Assembly: GCA_964016885.1 (NCBI GenBank)
Contig: OZ024743.1
Coordinates: 311,240,001 to 311,304,000 of the forward strand
DNA length: 64,000 nt
Direction of reading: 5' to 3'
Source of the DNA: Eledone cirrhosa
Lineage: Eukaryota
A program made the translations under genes and the position numbers. The notes beneath the pieces were generated by a model that worked only from the letters and a program-made list of their open reading frames with translations, was not told where the DNA came from and ran no database searches. Below, piece by piece: positions 18,428 through 32,459 of the stretch. The first letter of the stretch is position 1, and each line of letters starts with the position of its first letter.

Positions 18428-18846
18428 TTGTCCCGACTTTCATATAACCAGATCTACTACCCCAAATATCAAGCACTCTGGTGAGTAATGATCTAACCAG
18501 TTTCTTACTGTATCCATCTTGATTTATATATATAGATATTTATTAAATATTCTTAGTGGGAATGTACTATTGTCTTTGAAGTTTCAGCTCGATCGATTCA
18601 TCCATTATATGGTTGGTTCAAAGTTATATTTCTATTGTGCAGGATTTGGATTTTTTTTTCGTATATATTGTTATCAAGATGGCTATTTCTCTTGTGTAAT
18701 TAGTGTTGTGTGCCTTATAATGCCTTGGTGGACATTGTTGAAGCCTGAAGAGAGATATAAATATTTTTTTAAATCATACATAATCACAAAATAATTCATT
18801 ATGGCAACATAATTTTAAGATTAACATGTTTTGTATATAGTTTCTA

Positions 18847-19030
18847 AGGCAGGGATTTGGCAGTATCGGTAGAATGCCGGACAAGATGCTTCGTGGCATA
18901 GATTTACGTCTCTTTACATTATGAGTTCAAATCCCACCGAGGTTAGCTTTGCCTTTCAGCCTTACGGTGTGGATAAAATAAAGTACCAATTGCGCAGTGG
19001 GTCGATTTAATCGACTCCATCCACTTTAAA
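18847..19030 (+). mobile_element. tRNA-derived SINE, same family as 12810
   Basis: tggcagtatcggtaga, gagttcaaatccc, gcctttcagcc..gataaaataaagtacc. Confidence 0.8.
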
Positions 19031-19639
19031 ATTCTATTCGCTGCGATAGTCATTTACATCCTGATGTAACTTGTACTGCAATATTCAACGTGACATTTAC
19101 TTTTAAGAAGATAGAGTATGAAACTTTATGACAGACGATGCCCATGCAGCATGTACTGAAGTGTTTCTATCTCTCTTTCTCCCCCTCTCTCTCTCTCTCT
19201 TTCTTTCTTTATTTATTTATTTCTCTCTCTCTCGTTAATAATCAAGATACGCCATTCTTGTTTTTCAATTGATATTTATTCAAATTATGTTATAATTCAA
19301 CTGTGATATTTATTTTTGTAATAGCTATTCCTCTAATATTCCCACACATGTTTTCCACTTCGTTGTCCTTCATTAACTCAATCTCATTAAATTCACATCG
19401 CAATTATAAAATTTGAGGGATAAAAATTTAACACACATATCTGAGAGATAAAAATTTAACACACATACTTAGTTATGAATAAGATACGTAGTTCAGTTTA
19501 GATTTGATAGCGAGAAAGACAGATAGATTCAAGTTTACATACAGATTTTTAGAATTCTTTTAAACAATCCAAGTATTTTCTTTTGTCAACGATATTTCAC
19601 AGTTCTATTGAGTTCTGTGGGCGATGATTATACTGAGTT

Positions 19640-19895
19640 ATATCGGGAATGCTATATTTATTGATCGACAAGATCCCAGCCCTCATTCGCTTACCAACTA
19701 GAGTGGAACTTGTCAAATTGGACCAAGGAAACAATGTTTCCATTGGCATTTTCATTGCTGATACTAACTACCGGTTGCAACTCCTGGCAAAAGGAGTAAC
19801 ATAAAATAAAGTGTCTTGCTCAAGGACATAACGCGTTATGCCGGGGATCAAAATCACAACCTCACGACTACGAATTCAAGTCTCTAATCTCTAAA
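19640..19895 (-). mobile_element. SINE remnant; paralogous copy at ~22860-23092
   Basis: gtgtcttgctcaaggaca.aacgc and ctctaa.c.ctaag head signature; shared 3' region ggacca..gaaacaat.tttccattgg. Confidence 0.6.
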
Positions 19896-20039
19896 GTTAT
19901 ATTTAGACCAGTGGTAGACATTATAATTCCAGCTATTCTGTATGTAGTGCCTAATTTTATCAATCTAAACATTCAAACCATTAAGACATGGTGGATTGAA
20001 AAGTAAAAAAATAATTAGATTCAGATCAAAGTTTACAAT

Positions 20040-21460
20040 TCCGAAACGTGGACATATGCATACTGGGGGACAGTGAGGCCTTCGTTGGTCCAATCGGCTA
20101 GAGTCGACTTCAGATTGATGATAGATGGGCCTGCAGTGCCATGTCAGAAGTGCATTGGGAGCCGAGGCCACTGAATTTCACGAGGAGTCTCGCCTATTAC
20201 CAGCCGACGCAGTCGAAACTAATATTGCAGATGCAGATGAGTTTAGCACAGCGTCGGGTGGTGGTGTCATATTCGATGAGGGACACCGCACAGCGTGAAG
20301 AAGAGTTTGGGGAGGGCGAAACAGTTCTTCAGAAGGAAGAGCAGCGAATGCGCGTCGACAATGTGATGCAATCTCTCCGTCATCCTCAGCATGTCAGCAT
20401 GCTTTGTCTCCAGGTCTCTCACAGGTCTTTCGTGAGGGGTGGTAAACCGAGAATAAAGATGTCATATTTCGATGTTAGCCGAACCCCAGCCAGGACAGAT
20501 GCTGAGTACGGCGTCTTGCAATTCGGCTTCACTATATCTTACACTTATCATCTCAGATTTGGATAAGTTGATCTCAAGTCCGAGGATTTATAGGGCTGGG
20601 ATGACTTCCTAAAGGTCCTTAACGACAGATACAAACACCGAGAATCATGTCGTACAGATACCAGATACTGACGGGTGGGAGGACTGAGTAGGCAATGTCG
20701 CCGACAGTTAATGCAAAGAGGAGTGTGTCGAGTGGAACCCCTTGGGGACACTTTCACGCGGATCGAGTCTTCTTTGGACAACCACCGTGACATCTGCCTC
20801 CGTTCTGCCTTGCAGCCAAACAGCGACGCATAGCTCAATTCGGTGCTCCCCTCATCAACCGGTATCCATTTACATGATGAGTTCACTCGTATCGGAGTAA
20901 CCGAGCGCACGACCTCCGCGTGCGTGAGCTGCACAAATACTGTTGTAGAGCAGTTGGGGACGAGTTCTGTAAGCACCCTCAATCCTCCTTTCACAGCGCA
21001 AGTCGGTTCCCTCAACATGCAGCTGTGAATGATATAATCAGAAGCCTCGACTCGGTTTCCCGTCACAAATGGAGCCTGTCGGTTTCGACCGTAGTAAGTG
21101 CCCAAAAAGTATAACCCTCTTCCTATTCGAGGGAGATAAATCCCTAATTTCGGACGCCACGTGCTGTGACTCGTTCTTCTTCTCCAACCTTGTCACTTCA
21201 GCAACGAACCCGGGCGCTATCACCCACAATGCAGAGTAGAGGAAGATGGTTAAATATCGGGATTGACCAACTGCTTCATTTTCATGCCACTCGCTGTCGA
21301 GACCTCTGGTGTCCTTGGTCCCCGCACAGCTGATTTCCTCTGTAACATCGAAAAGACAACAGCCCACCTGATGAAAGAGTCCAGAGAGGAGGGGTGACTG
21401 TTGTAGCGAGTGTCGCTGGCCATCCTCCGTGGCACATCCATCACCATATTTTCTGCTGCG
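20040..21460 (-). mobile_element. Decayed CRE-clade non-LTR retrotransposon RT
   Basis: Manual minus-strand translation across frameshifts gives VPQGVPLDTLLFALT, WYLYD, LGLEINLSKSE, LLFLLKNCFALPKL and ARLLVKFSGLG, resembling CRE RT motifs QQGDPLGPLLF/WYLDD/GGLG. Confidence 0.7.
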
Positions 21461-22055
21461 CACAATTAAAACATACCACTCAGACTGAGATGTATAGTCT
21501 ACCGCTCCCTCCTCATTTCCCTTTATTTCTTTGCTTCATTTATGTTTTATTTTTTATTTTATTTCTCTTTTCGTATCTTTATTGCCATTTATATTGTACG
21601 GTTTTTATATTTTTTCTTTAGTTTAATAAACTTAACATCCCGAAACTAAATGAGATTAAGTGAATATATGTTATGGCTTTACTTTTTATGTTGTTCTTTA
21701 TCATCACTTAATCTTTAGGCTTTGTAAAAATTCATATTAGTTACGGTGCTAATACTATTTCTTTCAGCTCCATAAAAAAGATGAGAAAATATTTTAACAC
21801 GAGTAATTAATTTGAGTAACTACTGTCCCTTCGACATTATATTGATAGGTGATATATATATATGTATAGTGTGTGTGTGTACTTCGTTTTTGTATTTGTT
21901 TTGCAAGTATTCTTATTTGAAAACGTGTGTTGAAACAGATATAGTTATACTTTGGGAGGGTTCTTGCAGCCAATAAAAACACAAGCACCTGTTGATTTTC
22001 ACTTCAATTTATTACGTATGATTTCTTACGAATAAAACAGTTCTTCTACTACTAC

Positions 22056-22111
<56 letters not shown>

Positions 22112-23520
22112 ACATATAACAAGAGAGTGCTGTGCACAAAACACCGACAATACGAGAACTAATGTTGGGTAAATATAACTTTAGAAAGCATTCAGTCAAC
22201 ACTAACTAGCTTTCACATGATTACTTGACCGGTTAGAAATAGTAGCCAAATCTCATTTAGCCTTTTGTTATGTTTATAGTGTAATATACTATCAATGTCA
22301 ACAAAAATCGTGTATACGAAGCCAATCTCTGGGACTTTTACGAAGCGCTGAGGGGATAAAGTTAATCTAAAGAGTTGTATGCTTTTGCATGGTGCTATAT
22401 AACAGCTTACAAAATAGTGTGAAGATCATAAAAAACGGAAATATAAGTTACTATCGACCGGTAGCAACTTCGTTTTCCGTCTTTCTGGGATTTCACTTCT
22501 TTCCATTTTTAAGGGTCTTCGCCTTATTTTGTAAGCTTTTTATGACATTTCCGCACATGAACACACCATTCTTTACATTACTATCAATGTGTTACAATTC
22601 ATTTTGAAAACAATTAAGCATGTGGAGGAAGTTTGTGTAATAGCTATGTTTCCATTAGTTAACTGATATTTTGGGGGAAGTTTAACACAAAGTTGAATAA
22701 AATTATCTTGAAGGATTCTAATAAACACTGTAAAACGGGTAATGTATATATGTAACAGATATGATTTTGATATAGTTAGTATCAAAAGAATTACAAAAGG
22801 ATTACGCCATGATGTTAGATATTATTCAAAGGGTCCATTCGATATTGTAGGCTTATGTCCGAATCGACAATATCCCAGACCTTATTAATTTACTGAGAGG
22901 AGTGGAACACGTCAGATCGGACCAAAGACACAATATTTCCATTGGTTTTAAATTGTTGATACCATCTACCGGTCGCAACTCTTAAAAGAAGCAATGTGAA
23001 ATAAAGCTCAAAGACATAACGCATCACCCAACCAAAGAATGAAATTCAGAACATCACGATTGTGAATCCAACTCTCTAACCATTAAGCCATACGCCAGTA
23101 TGTATTCTTAAAATACGGAATGATTCCGGCGAGAATGATTTTGATTATGAGCTTGCTTGATTATGGTTGACCTGGAGTCAAACAATAACAACAAAAGAAA
23201 CAACAAAGAGAAGAACAATCCTATTACCTAAATATGTGAGTATGAGAATCATTCGGAATTACAGACCAATTGCATTCTCTTGTTCTTTTATCCTTTAACT
23301 GCTTTCAGTCATTAGACTACGGTCTTGCTGAGGCATGGCCTGGGATAGATTTAGTCCACTATACTTGTTGTTTCAAATCTAGTCCTTATTTTCTAGATCT
23401 CTTGTCAAACTGTTAAGCTACAAAATAAAAACAAACAATAAATATAGATACAGACACACACATACACAATACACATATATTCGTATATATATATATATAT
23501 ACGAATATATGTGTATTGTG

Positions 23521-23565
<45 letters not shown>

Positions 23566-23574
23566 GGGGGAGAT

Positions 23575-23624
<50 letters not shown>

Positions 23625-23626
<2 letters not shown>

Positions 23627-23885
23627 AATCGAAAATGCAACTAGAGTCTTATTTAAAAAATATATATATATATTTATTTGGTTCCTTTACCGGTTTCGCA
23701 GTTCTTCTGCTTTTCAAAAGTACAGTTGAGATGGAGGATCTGTGGTTTTTCTCACATGTGAGAAAACCCACAGACCATTCATCTCAGCTCTACTTTTGAA
23801 AAGCAGAAGAACTGCGAAACCGGTAACGGAACCAAATAAATATATATTTTTTTTAAATAAGACTCCAGTTGCATTTTCGATTTCA
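23625..23885. repeat. ~260 bp fold-back palindrome centred on ctcacatgtgag, each arm with an HHR relic
   Basis: Arms are reverse complements; ctt TTGAAAA gcag aagaa ctgc GAAA ccgg TA a(a/c)g. Confidence 0.85.
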
Positions 23886-23987
23886 TCTTTTTTTTCTTTA
23901 TACTTTCACTCGTGTAGGACACCTCGGTTATTTTTCATTTTGTAAAAAAAACCTCACTTTCTAATATATATATATACACACATATAT

Positions 23988-24071
<84 letters not shown>

Positions 24072-24124
24072 GAGATTCCTGATGATTTCTAAAGAATGAA
24101 ACGGTTCTCGTCCTGTAGAATCTC
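24072..24124 (+). ncRNA. Type I hammerhead (family C)
   Basis: gagattc CTGATGA tttctaaagaat GAAA cgg ttctcgtc ctg TA gaatctc; 7 bp stem I. Confidence 0.8.
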
Positions 24125-24203
24125 ATCTATATTAAAACTTTTATACTCTGCTATGTATTGAGTACCTTACTTACTGTGGTTACCTCCGATTCAACCGGAT
24201 AAC

Positions 24204-24264
<61 letters not shown>

Positions 24265-24539
24265 TATATGTGTATGTGTGTGTATATATGTATATTTATA
24301 TCTATATATATATGCATAAACATATATATACATGTTATAGGGATTCTTTGCTCTACAATTAAGCTTTTACTGTTTATAATGTTTATAATGTTTCAATAGA
24401 ATATATATATATATATATATATAAGCAGAAGAGATATTCAATTTGTTGATAATTCTACAAATATAAATGTTTATAACTGATTCAGAACACTCGACAGGTT
24501 TTCGGGAGTATAATATTCAATGATATTAAATAAATGGAA

Positions 24540-27500
24540 AATATATTTATAAAACCATATTTATTCTATTATATATATTTCAAGGTACCAAAACTTTGGT
24601 ACGCTTTCATGAGATAAAATACGAAGTGTGTTTTATAAATTTTGACATAACCAAGGAAAATACCTGATCGGTTCAAGTTTTCCTTGGATAGTGAATGGAT
24701 AAGAGAAGAAAAGTCAGATATTTCAAATTGTTAAGATGAGTATGCAAATGATTATGCAAATGAGGTTGAGGTAAAGGGCTGAAAAAATGTTATTTTAGAC
24801 GCTATGGAAAATTTACCAGCCGAATTTGAAAATGAAGTAATATCTATTATACAAAACATTAAATAAAAAAAAAAGAAAATTTATAGGCCAGGAGTACCTT
24901 AAAGGCCTCAAGAATAAAATAGACAATCTAGAAAAATCTAAGAGTATCCTCGTAAAATCTGAGAAAACAAATAATTAATATGGTATGGTAAAGGACAAAT
25001 ATAATAACCATATATTGAAAGAACTCAGAAAAAACTACAAAATAACATCAAATGAAGATCTTTCAACTTTAAATAGAGAAGCTTCTGAAATTATTTATAA
25101 ATTAGGCAGCCAAAATAGGACTGAACCCTTTATACCTAGAAAACCGAAAATTAACCTGAAAGACCACAAAAGAAATTTTGAAATTGAACTACCAGTCAGA
25201 CTCATCGCACCATCTAAATCGGACATAGGCATAATTAGCAAACATATATTAGATAGAATTATACCACTACTTAAAGAAAAATCACACCTTAAACTATGGA
25301 ACGGTAATAATGAAGTTATAGATTGGTTCAATAACCTAAAATTAAAACATAACAAAAAATTCATTCAAATGGATATTGCAAATTACTACTCCCCTATTAC
25401 CCCTAGTTTACTTAATAAGGCACTTATCTACGCGTCTATACATACAGACCTATCTAGTCATGAAATGAATATAATTCTAACAGCACGTAAAACACTAATA
25501 GAATTTATTAATCATCTCTGGACAAGAGCCGACAGAAAAAACAATTTTGATATCACTATGGGATCATCTGACTCGGCGCAAGTAACGGACTTCGTTGGAT
25601 TATTTATTAATAATGTACTCCATAGGAAAATGGCAGAGATGACCGGAGGTTTATATCGTGACGATATGTTACTTTTAATTGAAAACCATAGCAATAGTGA
25701 AATTAATAGGAAAAGGACATCCATAACACAATTTTTCAACAACTACAACCTTAAGTTAGAAATAGAGAATAACTACAAAATCGTTAACTTCTTAGATGTA
25801 ACCTTAAACCTTAGCACAGGTCTTTACTATCCTTTCCATAAAATTAACGAAAATCTAAATTATGGAAGTTTCAATTCTAATCATCCTAGAAGTATTAAAA
25901 ATATTATTGCCAATAGCGTCCAACAACGGAGTTCACGCATCTCTGCTAATAAAATATTATTGATGATAAAGCTGAATATTATAATGAAGCTTTACATAGA
26001 GCAGGATACTCGAATAAAATTAAATACATAGATAACAATAACATGACAAATCATCCTAGTATTAATTATAATAATAATAAACAATTTAACTTAAACACTA
26101 AACCAAACAAAAAAACTAGAACTAGAAATATTATTTGGTACTCTCCCCCATTCTCATTAAGCGTTAAAACACCTTTAGCAAAGCTATTTTTTAAAGCACT
26201 AGATAAATATTTTCCTAAAGCCCACAGATACCACTCTATTTTTAACAGACACACTATAAAACTATCCTACTCTATTACTATGATCAGAGCACAGAATATA
26301 AATAGAATTAATAATAGAAACTTAAATTTAAACCCTAACCAAACTAACCAAATTAGCAATAATAATATTTCTAACAACAATATTCAGAATAATAGTACCG
26401 TTCCGAACAACAGCAACTCCAGAAAATGTAACTGTAGACTCAAATAAAACTGTCCTTTACAAAATAATTGTTTAGACAAAAACGTAGTTTATAAATGCAC
26501 AGTTAAAACTAGCGACAACATATTTAACTATATTAGTGCCAACAAAATTTAAAGATCACTGGAATAACCATAAACACACATTTAGGAGATCTGATCAAAA
26601 ATCTTCTACTTCACTTTCACATCTAATTTGGAACTTTAAAGACAACAATATAGACTATTCAATATCTTGGAGAACGATTTAGAAAGCACCTGCATACCGA
26701 AATATGGCTTTATCAAGATTCTATAACTTGTGTATCGAAGAAATTTTTTATATAATTAACAGTCAAAACTATTAATCTTAGAACAGAATTATTTTCTTCT
26801 TGCAAACATCGCCAAAATTCCACGTTCAGAATTATTTTTAATTTATAATATTCCTATACACCTTCAAAATGATCGTATCTTCTTTAAAAATTTAAATGTA
26901 AATTTTTTAAATTTTTTATTATTTTTAATATTTTTTATATTTTTTATATTTTTTATATTTTTAATATTTCTAATTTTTTTTAATATCTCTAATATTTGTA
27001 ATATTTTTACCTTGTCACATTAATTTTTTTTAATATATATATATTTAATATTTTTAATTCTGACATTATTTTTCTAATGACACCCCTCAAAATATATTTT
27101 TTTAGATGTAGATTGATAATCTTTAATTGACATTCTGAAAACTTATCCTCTTTTCTTCGAAAAGCTCATTACGTTTTTCCTCTCTTTTTGATATTCAAAC
27201 ATTCACACATCTTTCGACTAAAATAATTAATCTCACACAAAATAATATATAATTTTCTCTATATATTTTCTGAGTTAATCACTCATCAAATTCAACGGTT
27301 AACAAACAAAATTGGAGTTATTCTTTACTTTCTCAATCGTGCAAACATAAACATATTATGTATGATAATCTATATAACTTCCCTAAATTAACAATATTCT
27401 GAAAACATTTTCCATGTTGAACAAATATTCGAATCTACAAATTGTTCTCCTCTCACAACTTGAACCACCTATTTGTTTATGTAAAATACAAAATCAACGT

Positions 27501-28110
27501 CCTTCGTAACTCATATTAGAAATTTAAACAACTAATAATTGTAAATTATTTCTATTTCTGTAATACTAATACATACGCAATTATTAATCTATATAGATAT
27601 GTATATACATATAACCTATTGTAATGTAATAAGATAAAAATCCATACAACCATAATTCTTCATATAATCTAATTGATTATATATACAATATTATAACTCA
27701 TAATATAGGTAAATAAATTTAAATTTAAGCTCTGGAATCATATTCCACTTTTTCCCCAAAATTAACGTAAATACAAGCTCTTCTTCCATTTTCTTCTTTC
27801 CTACGCATTCAAACACATATCATAATTATTTAAATTCTCCATAGCGTCTAAAATAACGTTTTTTCAGCCCTTTACCTCAACTTCATTTGTATAATCATTT
27901 GCATACTCATCTTAACAATTTGAAATATCTGACTTTTCTTCTCTTATCCCTTCACTATCCAAGGAAAACTTGGACCGATAAGGTATTTTCCTTGGTTATG
28001 TCAAAATTTATAAAACAGATTTCGTATTTTATCTTACGAAAGCGTACCAAAGTTTTGGTACCCTTGAAATATATATAATAGAATAAATATAGTTTCCATT
28101 TATTTAATAT
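24540..28110 (+). mobile_element. Penelope-like element with inverted 5' copy of its 3' end
   Basis: RT ORF 24985-26031 (MDIANYY, MGSSDSAQ, LYRDD, NFLDVTL), GIY-YIG remnant ~26420-26840; 24540-24815 is the reverse complement of ~27833-28110. Confidence 0.9.
24985..26840 (+). pseudogene. Penelope RT + GIY-YIG endonuclease, disrupted
   Basis: RT motifs as above; WYSPPFS, IFNRHTIKLSYS, CNCR..CPL..CL..NVVYKC with stops and frameshifts. Confidence 0.9.
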
Positions 28111-28112
28111 CA

Positions 28113-28170
<58 letters not shown>

Positions 28171-28204
28171 ATAATAATAAATTTGAAGACTAAAATCCAA
28201 AGAG

Positions 28205-28824
28205 GGTTCGATGTGGATAAATATATATCAAATAATACCATTAAAATGTCTTACTCTACGACTCCTAACCTTGCACATAACATCACAGCTTCAAATTTAG
28301 CTAAATTACATAGCCGTAGGTGCAATCCTGTAGCTAGTACTAACTGTAATTGTAGGAATCGGGTTGACTGCCCCCTTTCCGGGGAATGCCTCTCTAGTAA
28401 CATTGTCTACAAATGTAAGGTTGAAACACCCACGTCCCGTAGGGCCTACATAGGGTTAACCGCCAATAGATTCAAGCACCGTTTTTACATGCATACCCAT
28501 TCTTTTCTTAACCCTTTAAGAAGGTATATGACATCACTTTCAGCTTATATCTGGAGTCTAAAAGACAACCACACCCAATACAGGTTACACTGTGAGATCC
28601 TAGCTAAAGCTAGATCGTATAACGGAAATAAAAGACCTTGTGACCTGTGCGCCACTGAAGCCCTGAAAATACTCTACGCCAATGACCACATCTTAAACAA
28701 AAAATCTGAGGCAATTTCGGCTTGTAAACATAAATTGCACAAAATTTCCTGTATTACAGCCTCACATTATACCCTAACGGATAGTACGAACTATACGCGG
28801 ATAATTTACGTCTTGATGTGCTAG
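28205..28824 (+). mobile_element. Penelope GIY-YIG endonuclease 3' fragment
   Basis: CNCRNRVDCPLSGECLSSNIVYKC..YIGLT..FKHRFYMH..CDLCATE..CKH. Confidence 0.9.
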
Positions 28825-29694
28825 CTAAGTATATTTTATGTTTATACCATTACTTATTTGTATAGGTAAGTATATATTACCTGTATGTTTTGTGAAGGTA
28901 CGTATACTTTCTCGTATGTATATTTGCTGGTATTTGTTATAGGCGTATGTATTATATTATATATACTGGTATATGTGTTTATGGTGTGCGCATGCAGGTT
29001 TATGTAGGGTGTGTGTTTATGTTAACTTATTTTTTAGTTGATGTACGTTTAGCGAACATATGTGTATTTACATGTAGGTATGTGTGTGTGCGTGTTATAT
29101 GCGTATTTATGTGTGTATATTTATATACGCATATATGTATATATATATATATGTTTTTATATATGTTTTATGTGTATTTGGTGTATACGTTCGAATGTGT
29201 GCGGGTACAGGCCTTGCGTTGGTTTTTGTATGTGTGCGCGTATTTTTGTGTACATGCCTATATTTGCATATCCATGGCGGGTGTTTTAGCGTATGCATGT
29301 GTATGTACGTATATGGATGCGTGCATGTATATATTTAATTATTGTTGATTTCAATAACCTCTGTATTTTATTTACATTATTCTTAACTCTGAAGCCGAGA
29401 ATCATTCGGTTACCTACATAGAATTTTAGTCTACGACTTCATTTATAGCATAAACGTGGTTTTGTCTTTGCGTGTAATTGTTTTCACCGCTCCAAATAAT
29501 GACGTATTATCTTCGTTTTTTTTCGTTCTTTGCCAAGGAACGTCTCCACGAATCAAAGTATCGTCTTCCTGTCTTCCTTCCGTTGCAACGTTTTTTGAAA
29601 TTGTTACTTCTGCGTTCACAGATTGATTTTTTAGTTTCAGAAGATCCCGTTAAGGGTGAAAACACCGATTCTTTGCTTAAACTTTAATCTGTTA

Positions 29695-30125
<431 letters not shown>

Positions 30126-30145
30126 TCAATATATATATATATATA

Positions 30146-30184
<39 letters not shown>

Positions 30185-30188
30185 TATA

Positions 30189-30856
30189 TCCGTAGTAAAC
30201 AGCTGGCGAAGGGAAACTTCTCTTGTTTACGTCCCGATTACCTTCTCACACTTCGTTTTCAGTAACCACACAGCCTCGCCTCTTTACTGCTGTGAGCTCC
30301 TCTCTACATGTCTTGCTCGATTTGTTGTCCCTGGCCGGACTCATGTCCCACCACGGATCGACTCCCTCCCTTTCTCTCTCTATTTCTCTCCCTCTCTCTC
30401 TCTCTCAACCTCTGTCCTCTAGCCCCTCTCACTTCCGGTTTCTCCGTCTTTCTCTCTCTCTACACTCACTTTACTAAGAATCGGCACGGAAAAACCTTGC
30501 TCCTCAGTTATTACGGCCACCGGACTTATACCCGGTTACTTACATACATGTGCCATTGTCCTGTGTTCCCCCTTCTATCGGTATGTTTACTTCGTTTTTT
30601 CCGCTTTTCCTGTTTTCTTCTTCCTTTTTTCTTTTTTCTTTTTTCCTCTCTCTTCACTATCAATTCTTTCTCTCGAGGCCTTTTGATAGTTAAAAGGCTC
30701 TGGGCGCGCTACGGATCGATGTTCTGTTTTAAGCACCGAAACATCTAAGTTCCGTAGTAAACAGCTGACGAAGGGAAACTTTTCTTCTCTTGTTTCCTTC
30801 TCTTGATTACTTTCTAACACTTCGTTTTCAGTAACTACACAGCCTCGCCTCTTTGC
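30189..30856 (+). mobile_element. ~562 bp CT-rich unit with terminal direct repeat
   Basis: tccgtagtaaacagctg.cgaagggaaact..cacttcgttttcagtaac.acacagcctcgcctcttt at 30189 and 30751; flanked by TA repeats. Confidence 0.8.
30708..30775 (+). ncRNA. Candidate permuted/pseudoknotted hammerhead (family X)
   Basis: ctacgga tc gatg TT ctgttt taagcacc GAAA catc taagt tccgtag t aaacag CTGACGA aggg. Confidence 0.45.
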
Positions 30857-31106
30857 CTGTATTTATATATAAAATATTGGTTGCCAGGAGGTAAAGGGGC
30901 CCACCTACAGATAAAATGCTATCATTTAATTTTTATAATGAATAAATAACAATTTCAAAAAATACATAAGTGGAAACAAAAGAGTGCAATCAAATTTTTG
31001 CGGAAAAATATCTCACCCTCTCCAATAAAATATTATGTATTTTGGGAAATCCAGAGACTTTCAATAATGACCTTTGGTCTTTCACACTCACTCAATATAT
31101 ATATAC

Positions 31107-31800
31107 AGTCGTGTCCGCTTAAGAGTATATCGGATAAGGGTATAGGCCGCTTAAGAGTATAGCATAATCAATTCCCGAATTTATGTACTATGTTTTGTAC
31201 AGTGCATGGGTCCGCTTAAGAGTATATCGGATAAGAGTATAGTTCGCATAAGAGTATAGCATAATCAATTCCCGTTTATATATTTTCTATGTAATTTAAT
31301 CCGAATAAGAGTATAATGAATACGGTAAAGTAAATTGGGCTTATAATTGTTTCCACTTTTGGCACCAGGCCATCAAATACCCAGTACATTACTGGTACTT
31401 TATTTTATCGACCCCGTAAGGATGAAAGGGCTTATAATGTAACATAATCATTTTAAAACAATTCAAAATGAAATACGATGATGTCATTTATACAACCATT
31501 CTAAAAACAATTTAAAGTTTAATATATGCAAATAAAAAATAATAATTCATTGTATCATAAAAATGTCTTTGAAACGCTCTGCTTTATCCATTACTCAAAG
31601 GTTAGTATGTATTTTTATATTTATAATATGAATGTGCATAGGTACCTAATATAACTTTAATCATTTATCAATATTTTAGATCTCTGGAAAAGAAGGAATA
31701 AATGCTTTGTTGACTGTACGGTCCTATATGATGCAATCGTTTGAAAATTTTGAAAATTATACTCTGTCTGAGATCGAAGAAATTGATTGAAAAAAAATTG
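31107..31800 (+). mobile_element. pogo/Tigger-like DNA transposon 5' end
   Basis: TA|CAGT start, multiple subterminal taagagtata repeats, MSLKRSALSITQ at 31563 resembling a psq-HTH start; SINE fragment at ~31345-31430. Confidence 0.55.
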
Positions 31801-31814
31801 CGAGCAATCGAGTG

Positions 31815-31884
31815 CCAACCGGAGGTATATGGTCTTTAAAGCGATGAAATACCAATGATGGTTGGAAGATCACTGATGAAGGAC
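31815..31884 (+). ncRNA. Candidate permuted hammerhead with kink-turn (family Y), copy 1
   Basis: ccaacc gGA ggta TA tggtctt taaagcgat GAAA tacc aat GA t ggttgg aagatca CTGATGA agg. Confidence 0.5.
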
Positions 31885-32459
31885 TAACTTTATTCATATG
31901 TAACCCATTTGCAACCACGCAGGACGTTTATTCTCATATTTACACATATGTTTTCCCCCACTGTGACCCGTCTATTTCGTTCTTACTGCTTCCTCTTTCT
32001 CTGTATCTTTACCCTCTCTAACAGTCACTCTCTCTGTTAGCCTCTTCCTCACCCTTCACTCACTCACTCTCTGTTATTACCTCTCCTCCTCCTCATCCTC
32101 CTCCTCCTCCTCCTCCTCCTCCTCCTCCTTCTTCCCGTTTGACCTGTGCGTAATTCTTTTCTTTCGCACGCTTGGTCAGGCTGGTTCGCTTTTTTTCTCT
32201 CTCTCGTCACCGAATTCACAGACTAGATTTCTTCTTCCTCCCGTTAGACCTGTACGGAATTCCGTCCTTGCTCACATTCCAACCAGGTTTGATGGTCTTT
32301 ATTCTCTCTCGTTCACGATTTCACCGAACTTATATTCATGGAAATTTGGGACTTGACTCGTTCTTCCTCACTTTTCGTTGCTTCACAATCTTTGTTTGTT
32401 TACACTCTCGTGTCCCCTTTATTTACATGTCCCAACGACTTTTTTAGCAGTTGCTCGCA

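Noticed and set aside
27925-28075. Hammerhead in the terminal repeat of the 24985 Penelope
   Set aside because: GAAA and a gtaccaaa/tttggtac hairpin are present, but I found no CTGANGA with a matching stem I.
30670-30775. Twister, pistol or HDV-like ribozyme interpretation
   Set aside because: I could not place the conserved nucleotides and pseudoknots of those classes. A plain long hairpin remains a possible alternative to the permuted hammerhead fold.
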